42,571 nucleotides of DNA from Colwellia polaris (GCA_047617785.1 JBLGBK010000008.1:1-42571); one strand, 5' to 3'. Counted from the stretch's first letter, positions 27,180 through 36,152 are shown. Notes: generated by a model from the sequence alone, not told the origin. Translations and numbers: made by a program.

Positions 27180-29078
27180 TTAGTCTGCACCTGCGGTTGG
27201 ACGTGCCTGTGACTGGAATGCGTCCTGTGGAGTTTTTTCATTAGCTAGTTTTTCAAGTTTCTCTGCTTCACTTCCCTCGTCAACATATCCAAGCATCTCT
27301 TCCTTGTAGGAATCAGCAAACCAGTCCACAAACTCATTGTACTCCTTTTCAAAATCCTCTTTACTGTAGAAACCTGGTTTAATATCTTTTGAATTGTAGA
27401 GATCTGATGTATGGTCAGCAAACTCGCTTAAGCTATCAAATTCGCTTTCTAGATAGCCTTCAAAGCTGTCATATGGCTCACCAACATCATCAAGAATCAG
27501 TTCGAATGAGTAAGGCATCTCTCCGCTGAAAGATTCGCGTACACCTTCAGCAAGAACATCGACCAGATCCTCTTCATATATATCTCCTACGGTTGCACCG
27601 CTTGGCAGCTGTGCATCAAGCCCGTTACGTTTTGCATCTTCACGGAATTCAAGAGCATTCTCAGAATCCAAACCGTGCTCATGAAAGACATCCTGTACAT
27701 CTTCATATACATGCATCAGGCTTTTCTGAGTGACAAGTGCTTCATAGCTTCGAGGGCTATTGCTGAATGAGCGGAATTCTACAATTCCATCATTCTTGGG
27801 TGCTATATCCGGTCTTACGAATGTGTTCTGGAATGCAAAGTATCCGGTCTGGTCATCGTTTCCAATTCCAGCAAGCTCTTCAAACGAATCTCTGTCTAGA
27901 TCACTATGATCGACCTTCACAGGTTTCATAACTTCTTCTCCGTTTTCCTCAACAAGAACTTCCCCCAGGTATTGCTGATCTTTCGCAAACTGTTCGAAAG
28001 TAACTATTGACTCCTCTATGCCGGAGATTCCAGGCATAACCCACGTTGTATCTTCTCCGTATTCTTCTTCAAATGTGCCTTCTGGCTGATATGTGTTCTC
28101 ATCCAGTACCTGAATGTCTGAAGCATCGATCTCTGGGGAAAGAATCATGGGTCTCTCCATAACCATCTCAATATAGTCTTCATGATCCTCTAGATCGGAG
28201 AGATCCTCTATGTTACCATAATTTTCATTGGTTGGAAGCGCCTCGTCAAGTACGTCACCCCAGCGTTCTGTGCTGTTTCTAAGTACTGCTGGTGAGTTAG
28301 AGACGAATAGGTCATATAGTGCATCTCTACTACCCTCTGCTACTGCTTCGTATAGATCGTCTTCATACTCTTCAAGAATGGGGTCATTTGCGAACAAGGC
28401 GTCGACTCCTGGTACAACGTCTAGCATGCTTGGCTTGTCTCCACCGTTGAAGAAGTTGTGGAAGAACTCCTCTACTGTTTTATCGTCTCCTACGGGCGTT
28501 CCGGTGTTGAGTTGCGTTGATGCGGGCCACCCCATTGCGTCGAATCTTTCTCCATGTCTGCTTCTTAAACCGGTGTAGCGAGCTTTTGGCCTCCAGTTTC
28601 TATCTGCATAGCCGTCTGTGGCGAAATCTGGCATTATCCCGTTTTCGTACGCTACGTGCCCTTCTGGAAGGTTTTCATCCCTTATTGTTCTTAGGTTTTC
28701 TGTTCTGAATATCATGTCAGCAGGGTTCTGGAATACTTCTGTCGCTACTTCGCTCTGTGCTGGATGGTAGTCGGTATCGATTTCTGCCTTGAAGTTCTCA
28801 TGTTGTTGGAATTCTTCATCTTCAACCTTTACTCCTAGAAGATGCTTTTCCCCTCCTATTTCACGTTCTTTAGGTTCTGCTCCTTCTTCATCTACAATAT
28901 TCTGTAGAGCTTTCTCTGCGTCCTGATTGTCGATCGGTTCGTCTTCCAATTTGCGTATAATATCTTCGATTTCTGCTCCTACGTTTGCTAGTTCGTTTTC
29001 TGTGAATGCTTCGCGCCAGAGATCTCCCAGTTTGCGGGTTAGGCCTGTGTTCTGCTGTTTTTGTTGACTTGCTGACAT
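27180..29078 (-). CDS. Glutamate-cysteine ligase-fold (GCS2/GshA-like) carboxylate-amine ligase, paralog 1
   Basis: GAEIE, PKARY, STQLN, ALFANDP, YIEMVMERPM and VEFR match, in order, the plant/alphaproteobacterial GshA motifs (PKGRY, TVQVN, ALFANSP, YVDYALDVPM, LEMR). Confidence 0.7.
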   Translation of the reverse strand: MSASQQKQQNTGLTRKLGDLWREAFTENELANVGAEIEDIIRKLEDEPIDNQDAEKALQNIVDEEGAEPKEREIGGEKHLLGVKVEDEEFQQHENFKAEIDTDYHPAQSEVATEVFQNPADMIFRTENLRTIRDENLPEGHVAYENGIMPDFATDGYADRNWRPKARYTGLRSRHGERFDAMGWPASTQLNTGTPVGDDKTVEEFFHNFFNGGDKPSMLDVVPGVDALFANDPILEEYEDDLYEAVAEGSRDALYDLFVSNSPAVLRNSTERWGDVLDEALPTNENYGNIEDLSDLEDHEDYIEMVMERPMILSPEIDASDIQVLDENTYQPEGTFEEEYGEDTTWVMPGISGIEESIVTFEQFAKDQQYLGEVLVEENGEEVMKPVKVDHSDLDRDSFEELAGIGNDDQTGYFAFQNTFVRPDIAPKNDGIVEFRSFSNSPRSYEALVTQKSLMHVYEDVQDVFHEHGLDSENALEFREDAKRNGLDAQLPSGATVGDIYEEDLVDVLAEGVRESFSGEMPYSFELILDDVGEPYDSFEGYLESEFDSLSEFADHTSDLYNSKDIKPGFYSKEDFEKEYNEFVDWFADSYKEEMLGYVDEGSEAEKLEKLANEKTPQDAFQSQARPTAGAD

Positions 29079-29113
29079 AGTTCTTGTTTTGCCACCTTTA
29101 ATTGGTTCTTGGT

Positions 29114-29199
29114 GGAGTATAGAAACAGGACTGTATATCTTGTACAGTCTTTTTGAGGTCCTGCCCCGTTTCTACACTCCCGGATTAGCGAGGACCTCA
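29114..29199 (-). promoter_or_regulatory. Structured mRNA leader with interleaved stems (attenuator or pseudoknot candidate)
   Basis: 16-bp stem 29165-29180/29114-29129 with two G.U pairs on the minus strand; 9-bp stem 29191-29199/29154-29162; 7-bp stem 29143-29149/29129-29135. Confidence 0.7.
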
Positions 29200-29200
29200 T

Positions 29201-29293
29201 TCAAACAATAATTGAGATAATAATGATAGCGATAAGGCTAACCGCACTACTTGAATCAAGTGCCGGTACTTCTGGGTTAGCCGTTCTGAACAT
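29201..29293 (-). CDS. 30-aa Ile-rich leader peptide or micropeptide MFRTANPEVPALDSSSAVSLIAIIIISIIV
   Basis: ATG about 32 nt downstream of a TTTAAAA box (29325-29331); too short for the ORF track. Confidence 0.5.
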   Translation of the reverse strand: MFRTANPEVPALDSSSAVSLIAIIIISIIV

Positions 29294-29357
29294 GTTGGAC
29301 AAAACACTTTTTGTCAGCTAACGGTTTTAAAGGTTTTTCTAGATGGTGGTTGAAGAT

Positions 29358-31229
29358 TCAGCGGACAGTTTGTTTCTGCCCGCCTACAATTAGGTCTTCG
29401 GGTTCGTAGAGTACATCTCCTTCGATATAATCTACACCATGTTCTTTCGCCATCATTTCTCCGGGGGTTACTCCGTTTTCTATCAACTTAGTCATCTCGG
29501 ATCTGTACTGTTCGCCGCTGTACAATTCTCCTGTGCTCATCTCATCAACGCCGTCAGCAAGAATGTCTATTAATCCTTCTTCCATGTTAGTTCCTAACCA
29601 TGCATCTTGAACTGTGATATTTTCCTCTTCGTTGATTGTGTATTGAAGACCGTTGTTTTCCAGGTAGTTCTCATCATTTTCATGATCTGCGTACACGCCG
29701 TTCACTCCGAGACGAAGGTCTTTAGCATGGGAGTTTGAGATGCCCAGGTTTTCAGATGCGAACTCCTGGATTTCACGCCATCTCCGGAAAGCTCCGATCT
29801 GTGTCGCTATAGCTTCGTTTCTGAAAGGATTGTTGCCAACATCTCTGTATTCTAGAGCCATGTCTGCAGGTCTCTCGCGCCATGGTTCCCAGACTGCAGT
29901 TGTGTCTGCTTTGAACTGTTTCTTTCCTTCTTCCTTGAAAGCTTCGTCGTCCATATCCGGGAAGATTTCTTCGTCACGATAGTCAACTACGCCAGTATAT
30001 TCTGTGGAGTTGCCTTCTTCATCGAATACTATTACTTCGCCGCCGAACATCTCCCTTTCGATGAATTCCTTGAATGGCATAATGCTGTCTTTGTCCTCAA
30101 GATCCCAGTTCTCCTTTCCTACTCGTATTAATGCATTATCATCTTCATCTATGAATTCGACTCTGTCAGAAAGGACATCGTAGTCTTCGTCTTGATCATA
30201 GTCTTCATCGTCCACGACTTTGACTTTTGAAGCTTCAACCTGTGCGAAATTCCATTCAGAGCTCGCTGAGAAGTCTTGATCTTCTTCAATGCTTTCTATA
30301 TTTGCGAGTGCTGGTGAGAATCCTGCTTTACTATTCTTAGTTATGTAATCGCCGGGTTCTTCTTTGTTGTTCTGTCCCTGGCGATCCCAAAGTGTAAGGA
30401 AGCTTTCGTCGTATGCCTTATCCCTTCCGTTCAGAGTCTCTATAACAGTTTTTCCTTCATGGTTGTACATAACAGGTGAGCTCATGAATGGTCCGTAAAA
30501 TAGAGGGCTGAGCGCAGACATTCCGATTTCGTCTTGCCCTCCTTTGAATTCGCTCAACCATTTATCTACGTCTACTTCTTGATCATGCTCTTCGTCATAT
30601 ATCTTTGGGCGCATAGTGACCTGTATTGATCCGGTTCCTGCGACTGGCTCTACGTCGTAGGTGTTTCCGAACATTTCGTACTTTGGTTCTTGGAAGAAGT
30701 GTTCGCGTCCTACGGTGTCGTAGAAATTACCGGTCATCATACGGGTTAGCATCCCTTGTCTTCTGAACTGGACATCGTCTCTTGGCGCGGAGTCAAGAGT
30801 TGTCTGCTCTACCTGATTAAGGTTCTTGAGGGCATCGTCTACTGTGTTAACGATGCCGGTTACATCTTCTTTTTCAGGGCCTACATCGTATTCGCTGGCT
30901 CCTTTATATTCGTCGAATTCGAGTTCTACAAGCTTGACGATGTTGTCTTCATGCGTGTCAACTCTTTCCGTATTTATTGCCTGTTCAATTTCTGCTAGTC
31001 TCTGAAGGTGTTCTAAGCTGAAATCGCTGTGCACAGGGATAGCATCTGCAGATATTGGTTTTTCTACAGGATGTTCTTCTTCAACACCTATCATATTGTG
31101 GTGTTGAAGGTTTTCGCCTGTATCTCTGTCGCTGCTCCCTATCTGTCTGCGTTTCTCTTCTGCAAGTTCCTCGTTGATGTCGTCCCAGTCGTATTTGCTG
31201 AATCTTTGGGAATCAGAGCCGGCAGACAT
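29358..31229 (-). CDS. Glutamate-cysteine ligase-fold (GCS2/GshA-like) protein, paralog 2
   Basis: GVEEE, PKY, GSIQV, FMSSP, GRD, LEYRD, GVTPGE. ATG 31229 follows an AGGTG SD. Confidence 0.65.
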   Translation of the reverse strand: MSAGSDSQRFSKYDWDDINEELAEEKRRQIGSSDRDTGENLQHHNMIGVEEEHPVEKPISADAIPVHSDFSLEHLQRLAEIEQAINTERVDTHEDNIVKLVELEFDEYKGASEYDVGPEKEDVTGIVNTVDDALKNLNQVEQTTLDSAPRDDVQFRRQGMLTRMMTGNFYDTVGREHFFQEPKYEMFGNTYDVEPVAGTGSIQVTMRPKIYDEEHDQEVDVDKWLSEFKGGQDEIGMSALSPLFYGPFMSSPVMYNHEGKTVIETLNGRDKAYDESFLTLWDRQGQNNKEEPGDYITKNSKAGFSPALANIESIEEDQDFSASSEWNFAQVEASKVKVVDDEDYDQDEDYDVLSDRVEFIDEDDNALIRVGKENWDLEDKDSIMPFKEFIEREMFGGEVIVFDEEGNSTEYTGVVDYRDEEIFPDMDDEAFKEEGKKQFKADTTAVWEPWRERPADMALEYRDVGNNPFRNEAIATQIGAFRRWREIQEFASENLGISNSHAKDLRLGVNGVYADHENDENYLENNGLQYTINEEENITVQDAWLGTNMEEGLIDILADGVDEMSTGELYSGEQYRSEMTKLIENGVTPGEMMAKEHGVDYIEGDVLYEPEDLIVGGQKQTVR

Positions 31230-31364
31230 GCGAAGCACCTATTGTGAAAGAGCTGTAGCTAGAAGATTTTGAATTAGTGTGAGAAGTGTCGGTACTTGGG
31301 TAGAACGCGTCCACCCTTCGTTGTCATAGACATACCATACGGGTTAGGACTTAGAAGTTTTAAA
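31230..31364 (-). promoter_or_regulatory. Promoter and structured leader with uORF (31274-31333, MSMTTKGGRVLPKYRHFSH)
   Basis: TTTAAAA box at 31358-31364 about 25 nt before the uORF ATG; hairpin 31298-31316; homologous to the proS leader. Confidence 0.6.
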
Positions 31365-31551
31365 TGTTGTTCAGATCTATAGGGGTTCTTGTTTTGAGGC
31401 AAACCAGCTATATAAATCTAGCCTGACCTATTATTGGATAGGGCGTCTTACAGGTCTTCAAAGGTTTTCAGGCCTGTTTGAGGTTATGCTCTTTTACAGG
31501 AAGAATAAGTTTCTGAACTATAATACAATCAAAAATGGAGGATAAAGAATA

Positions 31552-32208
31552 ATGGTTGAACAGATGCAACAACAGCAAAAGAAGGAAATGGAAGAATTCG
31601 AAACCGGTACTACAACACTAGGACTGACAACAGAAGAAGGCGTAATCCTGGCAGCAGACAAAAGAGCTGCATTAGGGGGACGACTAGTCAGCAACAAGCA
31701 TGCGCAGAAGGTCTTCGAACTTGACGATACGCTTGGCCTGACAATTGCAGGAAGCGTAGGAGACGCACAGAAGATCGTCCGATTAATGAGAAGCCAGCTG
31801 AACCTGCACAAACTGGAGACAAAAGAGCTCTCAGTTAAAGGCGCAGGAACACTGCTCTCAAACATTCTGCATGGTAACAAAATGATGCCGTTCATGAACC
31901 AGTTCATCCTCGGAGGAGTAAGAGAAGACGAAGGCGGAATCGTATACAGTCTTGACCCTGCAGGAGGGCTAATGGGTCACGAAGACTACACATCAACAGG
32001 TTCCGGCAGCCAGATGGCATTCGGAGTACTCGAGGATAACTACGAACAAGATATGGATCACGAAGAAGGAAAGAAGGTTGCATCCAGAGCAATTCAGGCT
32101 GCAATGGAGAGAGACACGGCATCCGGAAACGGAATCATGGTTGCAGAGATCACAGAAGATGGTTATGAAGTAGTCAGTGATCAAGAAGTTGAATCCAAGC
32201 TGAAGTGA
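31552..32208 (+). CDS. psmB: Proteasome beta subunit
   Basis: Propeptide then TG|TTTLG; AADKRA, AGSVGDAQ, TGSGS, RDTASG. Confidence 0.97.
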   Translation: MVEQMQQQQKKEMEEFETGTTTLGLTTEEGVILAADKRAALGGRLVSNKHAQKVFELDDTLGLTIAGSVGDAQKIVRLMRSQLNLHKLETKELSVKGAGTLLSNILHGNKMMPFMNQFILGGVREDEGGIVYSLDPAGGLMGHEDYTSTGSGSQMAFGVLEDNYEQDMDHEEGKKVASRAIQAAMERDTASGNGIMVAEITEDGYEVVSDQEVESKLK

Positions 32209-32332
32209 TTATTTAAGAGTAGGCTTCGTTTACAGGTTTTACCGAGAAGGGGTTTTCTCCCTGTAAAAATTTTATTTTACTGAAAAACCCTTTTCTTACA
32301 TTAGTACGACCTAATAGAGGTTAACAGTATTT

Positions 32333-34207
32333 ATGGAAGAACTAGAAGACATCAAGGACATGCTGCCGGATAATGCACAGGTAGACGAGCTTCGCTATGA
32401 AGCATCAGACATCGTAGTATACACAGGCAGTAAAGAATTTTTCTTGAATAACTCAGAAGTTGTAAAAGAAATTGTATCCAAAATCAAAAAACGAGTAGAG
32501 ATCCGACCATCATCAAAACTATTTGTAGATCCTGAAAGAGCAGAGGAAAAAATATACGAAGTAGTAGATGACGAAGCAGGTCTGGAAGAAGTAATTTTCC
32601 AGCCTTCACTCGGAAAAATGATAATAAGAGCCGAAAAGCCAGGAAAGGTTATCGGAAACAACGGTCGTGGACTTGACAAGCTCAGAGAAAAAACTCTCTG
32701 GAGTCCACAAGTTGAACGCGTACCAGCAATCCAGTCCAAAGTAGTGGACAAAGCACGAGAACTGACAGTTGAGGACCCGGACTTCAGGAAGGAGTTCCTT
32801 CACGAAGTAGGTCAGAAGATCAGACTGGATAAATCAGTTGGCGATGAATGGATCCGCATCTCTTCTTTAGGAGGATTCAGACAGGTCGGACGATCATGTG
32901 TCCTGCTTCAAACCGAAGAATCAAACGTTCTTATGGACTGCGGGATAAACCCTTCAGCTGAGCCAGGTAGCAGAGACAACTTCCCATACCTGAACGCTCC
33001 AGAACTTGATCTTCAGGAGCTGGACGCCGTAATCCTCAGCCACGCACATATGGATCACGTCGGAATGATACCGTATCTATACAAGATGGGTTACGATGGC
33101 CCACTATACTGTACAGAACCAACCCGTGATCTGATGATCATGCTTGGCCTAGATTACATCGGTCTTGCGCACAGCGAAAATAACAAGGCTCCTTATGACT
33201 CATCGGCTATCAAGAAAGCAGTCAAGAGAACAATTACACCAGACTTCGGAGAAGTAACTGATATTACGCCTGATATGCGTTTAACACTGAGAAATTCCGG
33301 TCACATAATTGGATCAGCTCTGACACATATTCACGTCGGAGAAGGACTGCATAATATTCTATACACCGGAGACTACAACTACGATACTACAGAGATGCTG
33401 AATCCGGCATCAACAAACTTCCAGCGTGTAGAAACCATGATCACAGAATCCACTTACGGTGGACGTGATGATGAACAGACTCCGCGTGAGGAAGCAAACA
33501 AGAAGTTCCTCTCCAAGGTCAAGCAGACATTGAACAAGGGAGGAAAGGTTATCGTACCGGCATTTGCAGTCGGTAGAAGTCAGGAAGTACTTGGCCTTCT
33601 CGCAGATGAGATGGATCGAAGCTACTTCGACTACAACGTCTACATCGACGGTATGATCAACGATGTTAACGCGCTTCACACCGCTTACCCAGAATTCCTT
33701 TCGGATAAAGTACAGAACAAGGTGCACCGCGAGGACTCACCTTTCCTAAAAGAGAACATCGAGGTCATAGGCAGCCACCATGAACGTGAACAGGTCAAAG
33801 AAGATGATGCATGTGTCATTCTAACGACCTCCGGAAGCCTCACAGGAGGCCCGGTTTTATCATATCTGAAAGAGTTTGCGGATGATCCAGACAATGCTAT
33901 GATCTTCGTAGGTTACCAGTTCGAAGGAACACTTGGACGGAAAATACAGAACGGTAGAGATCATGTAGAGATCGACGGAGAGAAAGTTGATGTAAACCTG
34001 GATACAGCTACGGTGTCAGGTTTCTCTGCTCACAGCGACAGACAGCAGATTATCAACTTCGCGAAGAACCTGCGCTCCAGTCCAAGAACAGTGTTCACTA
34101 ACCACGGAGAAGAGAAGAAATGCTTCTCCCTTGCTTCCACACTACATAAAGTGCTGAACATTGATACTTCGGCACCGCAGAACTTAGAAGTCAACAGGCT
34201 GGAATAA
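32333..34207 (+). CDS. fttA: aCPSF1/FttA KH-domain beta-CASP ribonuclease (transcription termination factor)
   Basis: KH domains; LGGFRQVGRSC, SHAHMDH, GHIIGS, ESTYG, FAVGRSQE, GFSAHSD. Confidence 0.96.
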   Translation: MEELEDIKDMLPDNAQVDELRYEASDIVVYTGSKEFFLNNSEVVKEIVSKIKKRVEIRPSSKLFVDPERAEEKIYEVVDDEAGLEEVIFQPSLGKMIIRAEKPGKVIGNNGRGLDKLREKTLWSPQVERVPAIQSKVVDKARELTVEDPDFRKEFLHEVGQKIRLDKSVGDEWIRISSLGGFRQVGRSCVLLQTEESNVLMDCGINPSAEPGSRDNFPYLNAPELDLQELDAVILSHAHMDHVGMIPYLYKMGYDGPLYCTEPTRDLMIMLGLDYIGLAHSENNKAPYDSSAIKKAVKRTITPDFGEVTDITPDMRLTLRNSGHIIGSALTHIHVGEGLHNILYTGDYNYDTTEMLNPASTNFQRVETMITESTYGGRDDEQTPREEANKKFLSKVKQTLNKGGKVIVPAFAVGRSQEVLGLLADEMDRSYFDYNVYIDGMINDVNALHTAYPEFLSDKVQNKVHREDSPFLKENIEVIGSHHEREQVKEDDACVILTTSGSLTGGPVLSYLKEFADDPDNAMIFVGYQFEGTLGRKIQNGRDHVEIDGEKVDVNLDTATVSGFSAHSDRQQIINFAKNLRSSPRTVFTNHGEEKKCFSLASTLHKVLNIDTSAPQNLEVNRLE

Positions 34208-34266
34208 AGTCTGAATTCTTCTTTTTCTTCCTATGTTTTTTATTTCAGAGCGTGTAACTAGGTTGT

Positions 34267-34527
34267 ATGGTTTATTCTAAACGCTGTGTTAATTGTGATA
34301 AATTGATTGATTTTGGAAGTACTGATCCAGAGAAAAATGAGCTGAGCCCAAAGGATTTGCCGGATAATGCAATGCGTTTCAACGGTGAGCTTTACTGTAA
34401 GGAATGTGTTCGAGAATTTGTCGAATTTGGTACTGGTGACCTTCAGTCACGTATTGAGTTCCTTGAGAGAAAAATGGAGGACGTGGCGGATGCGCTCGGT
34501 ATGCAGAAGACGCTTAACTCTGAATAA
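34267..34527 (+). CDS. Small Zn-finger protein (CxxC...CxxC) with a C-terminal coiled coil
   Basis: CVNC and CKEC motifs; preceded by a T-rich TATA-like box. Confidence 0.7.
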   Translation: MVYSKRCVNCDKLIDFGSTDPEKNELSPKDLPDNAMRFNGELYCKECVREFVEFGTGDLQSRIEFLERKMEDVADALGMQKTLNSE

Positions 34528-34605
34528 TATTTGTTATAATTTCTGGAAGTAGATTATAGAAAGAAGTTATATGAGAAGTTAAGAAAATTGAGAGTGGGTT
34601 GTAGT

Positions 34606-34980
34606 TTATTCTTCCTGAACTGCGTCGCTGCTTCGTTCAATCTCTGCGAAGCTTGGACATGCGATAACCCAATCTTCATCGACTCCTGCCATGTCGCCGT
34701 CGATGGCTTTGACAGTTTTCTTGAGTCGTTTGACTGCTCTCTTTAGTTTGGTCATGTCCTTATTCTTTAGTGGTCGGATATTAACCCAGACGATGTGGTT
34801 GTTTCTCAGGTGTTCCTGTACTTCATCAACGTCATCAAATTCTTTGAGTGTAACTGCTCTTACTACTACTTTTTTACGTTCTTCTGTGGCTACTGCATCC
34901 AGTTCAACGAAGTCGTCGTCTACTGAAACATTTTCCGATTCGTTCGAACTATCCTTTTTTAGAAACCCAAGATCAACCAT
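34606..34980 (-). CDS. sepF: Archaeal cell division protein SepF
   Basis: DFVELD; HIVWVNIRPL...LKRAVKRLK...DGDMAG..WVIACP. Confidence 0.88.
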   Translation of the reverse strand: MVDLGFLKKDSSNESENVSVDDDFVELDAVATEERKKVVVRAVTLKEFDDVDEVQEHLRNNHIVWVNIRPLKNKDMTKLKRAVKRLKKTVKAIDGDMAGVDEDWVIACPSFAEIERSSDAVQEE

Positions 34981-35088
34981 TGTTTTTTGATTACCTCTTG
35001 GTTATAAGCGGTGACTTAGTTTTTTTATAGTTTATCAAAGGAAGACGTTAGAAAGTTTAAAACCGGGAGAAAATAGAAATGTAGAGCA

Positions 35089-35334
35089 TTAATCTAGGCT
35101 TTCAACTTTGGATGCAATGTTCCAGATCTCTGTTCTGGTGTGCTGTCTGATATTTGGATCGTTACTTACCTGGTCAAAAATTGACGAGACTGTGTTAACA
35201 CGTACTGAGATATCTTTATCTTCATTTTGCAGGATATTCACTGCTTCCTCAAGTTTATTTGCGACATTGGATGGTATATCATCTCTTTCGCTTAAGTCTT
35301 GTACTCTTGCTGCTACTCCGTTTACTGATGGCAT
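35089..35334 (-). CDS. UPF0147 family protein
   Basis: IPSNV...SNDPNIRQHTRTEIWNIASKVE. Confidence 0.88.
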   Translation of the reverse strand: MPSVNGVAARVQDLSERDDIPSNVANKLEEAVNILQNEDKDISVRVNTVSSIFDQVSNDPNIRQHTRTEIWNIASKVESLD

Positions 35335-35384
35335 ATTCTTTACACCTATGGTTTAGAAAGGAAATAAATTATAAGAAGGCCGGT

Positions 35385-35720
35385 TTATTGGCCCATCTGC
35401 TGTCGGAATTTTTGCTGGCTTTCCTGCATTTCTTCCTGCAGATTCTGTTCTTTTTTCTCAAGACTCTTGATTCGTGCTTCAAGATCTTCTTTTTCTTCCT
35501 TTAGTTCTTCTTCAAGCTGGTCCTGATCTTTTGCGATCATTAGATCGCCTACTTGTCTGTAGACCTGTCCGTTGTCATCATTTTCCAGTTCGTCCAGTGC
35601 CTTCTTGATCCCTTGAATTTCGTTCTGGCTTTCTTCTTTCTGGGCTGTGATCTCCTGAAGTTTTTGCTGGTTTTCCTGAAGCTTCATCATCATCTTCTGT
35701 GCGTCTTGTTGTTCTGGCAT
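35385..35720 (-). CDS. pfdB: Prefoldin beta subunit
   Basis: Coiled coils flanking ALDEL...VYRQVGDLMI; typical operon position. Confidence 0.93.
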   Translation of the reverse strand: MPEQQDAQKMMMKLQENQQKLQEITAQKEESQNEIQGIKKALDELENDDNGQVYRQVGDLMIAKDQDQLEEELKEEKEDLEARIKSLEKKEQNLQEEMQESQQKFRQQMGQ

Positions 35721-35728
35721 AAATTGAA

Positions 35729-35953
35729 TTAAACCTCTTTTGAATATATCTTGTCTGCAAGCATTATTAACCTGAAACTTGAATCAGTACTTCCGCGGAG
35801 AACCCCTAACTTATCAGCATCAATGCCGACAAAGAACTGGTTTTCCTCTGCTTCTGTACTGTATTCGACTCTGTTGTTGCTTCTCATACTCGGTGATACC
35901 GATGAAGCAACCTGTTCTGCGTAGTCTGTGTTAATCTCCAAATTGGAGTTCAT
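35729..35953 (-). CDS. pcc1: KEOPS complex subunit Pcc1
   Basis: SVSP...IDADKLGVLRGSTDSSFRLI; located between rpo12 and pfdB. Confidence 0.82.
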   Translation of the reverse strand: MNSNLEINTDYAEQVASSVSPSMRSNNRVEYSTEAEENQFFVGIDADKLGVLRGSTDSSFRLIMLADKIYSKEV

Positions 35954-36002
35954 AAATAAAAACCAAAAAAGATTGTTCGACCTTTTACTCTGTAAAAGCT
36001 GC

Positions 36003-36143
36003 TTATACTGCTTCTACTTCTTTTGGAGTTTCTGGTCGTTTCTTGAAGAGAACTCTGTGACTGCATTTAGGGCAGATAACTTTCTCATTTACTGGATCTA
36101 CTTCAACTTCTTCTTCACATTTCACACATATGTATGCTGCCAT
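36003..36143 (-). CDS. rpo12: RNA polymerase subunit Rpo12/RpoP (46 aa, not in the ORF track)
   Basis: Manual translation MAAYICVKCEEEVEVDPVNEKVICPKCSHRVLFKKRPETPKEVEAV; canonical position after rpl37ae. Confidence 0.93.
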   Translation of the reverse strand: MAAYICVKCEEEVEVDPVNEKVICPKCSHRVLFKKRPETPKEVEAV

Positions 36144-36152
36144 GTTTACCAC

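Noticed and set aside
29191-29199. AGGACCTCA is also found at the start of the tRNA intron (40663-40671), and GGGTGGAC is shared by the leaders and the tRNA 3' end
   Set aside because: Matches of 8-9 nt are expected by chance in 42 kb, and they do not extend.
27180-32208. Pup-like system: two GS/GCS-fold paralogs beside a proteasome beta gene, like PafA/Dop
   Set aside because: The motifs match GshA/GCS2 rather than PafA/Dop, no small GGE/GGQ-ending modifier is present, and psmB is divergent and in its usual psmB-aCPSF1 context.
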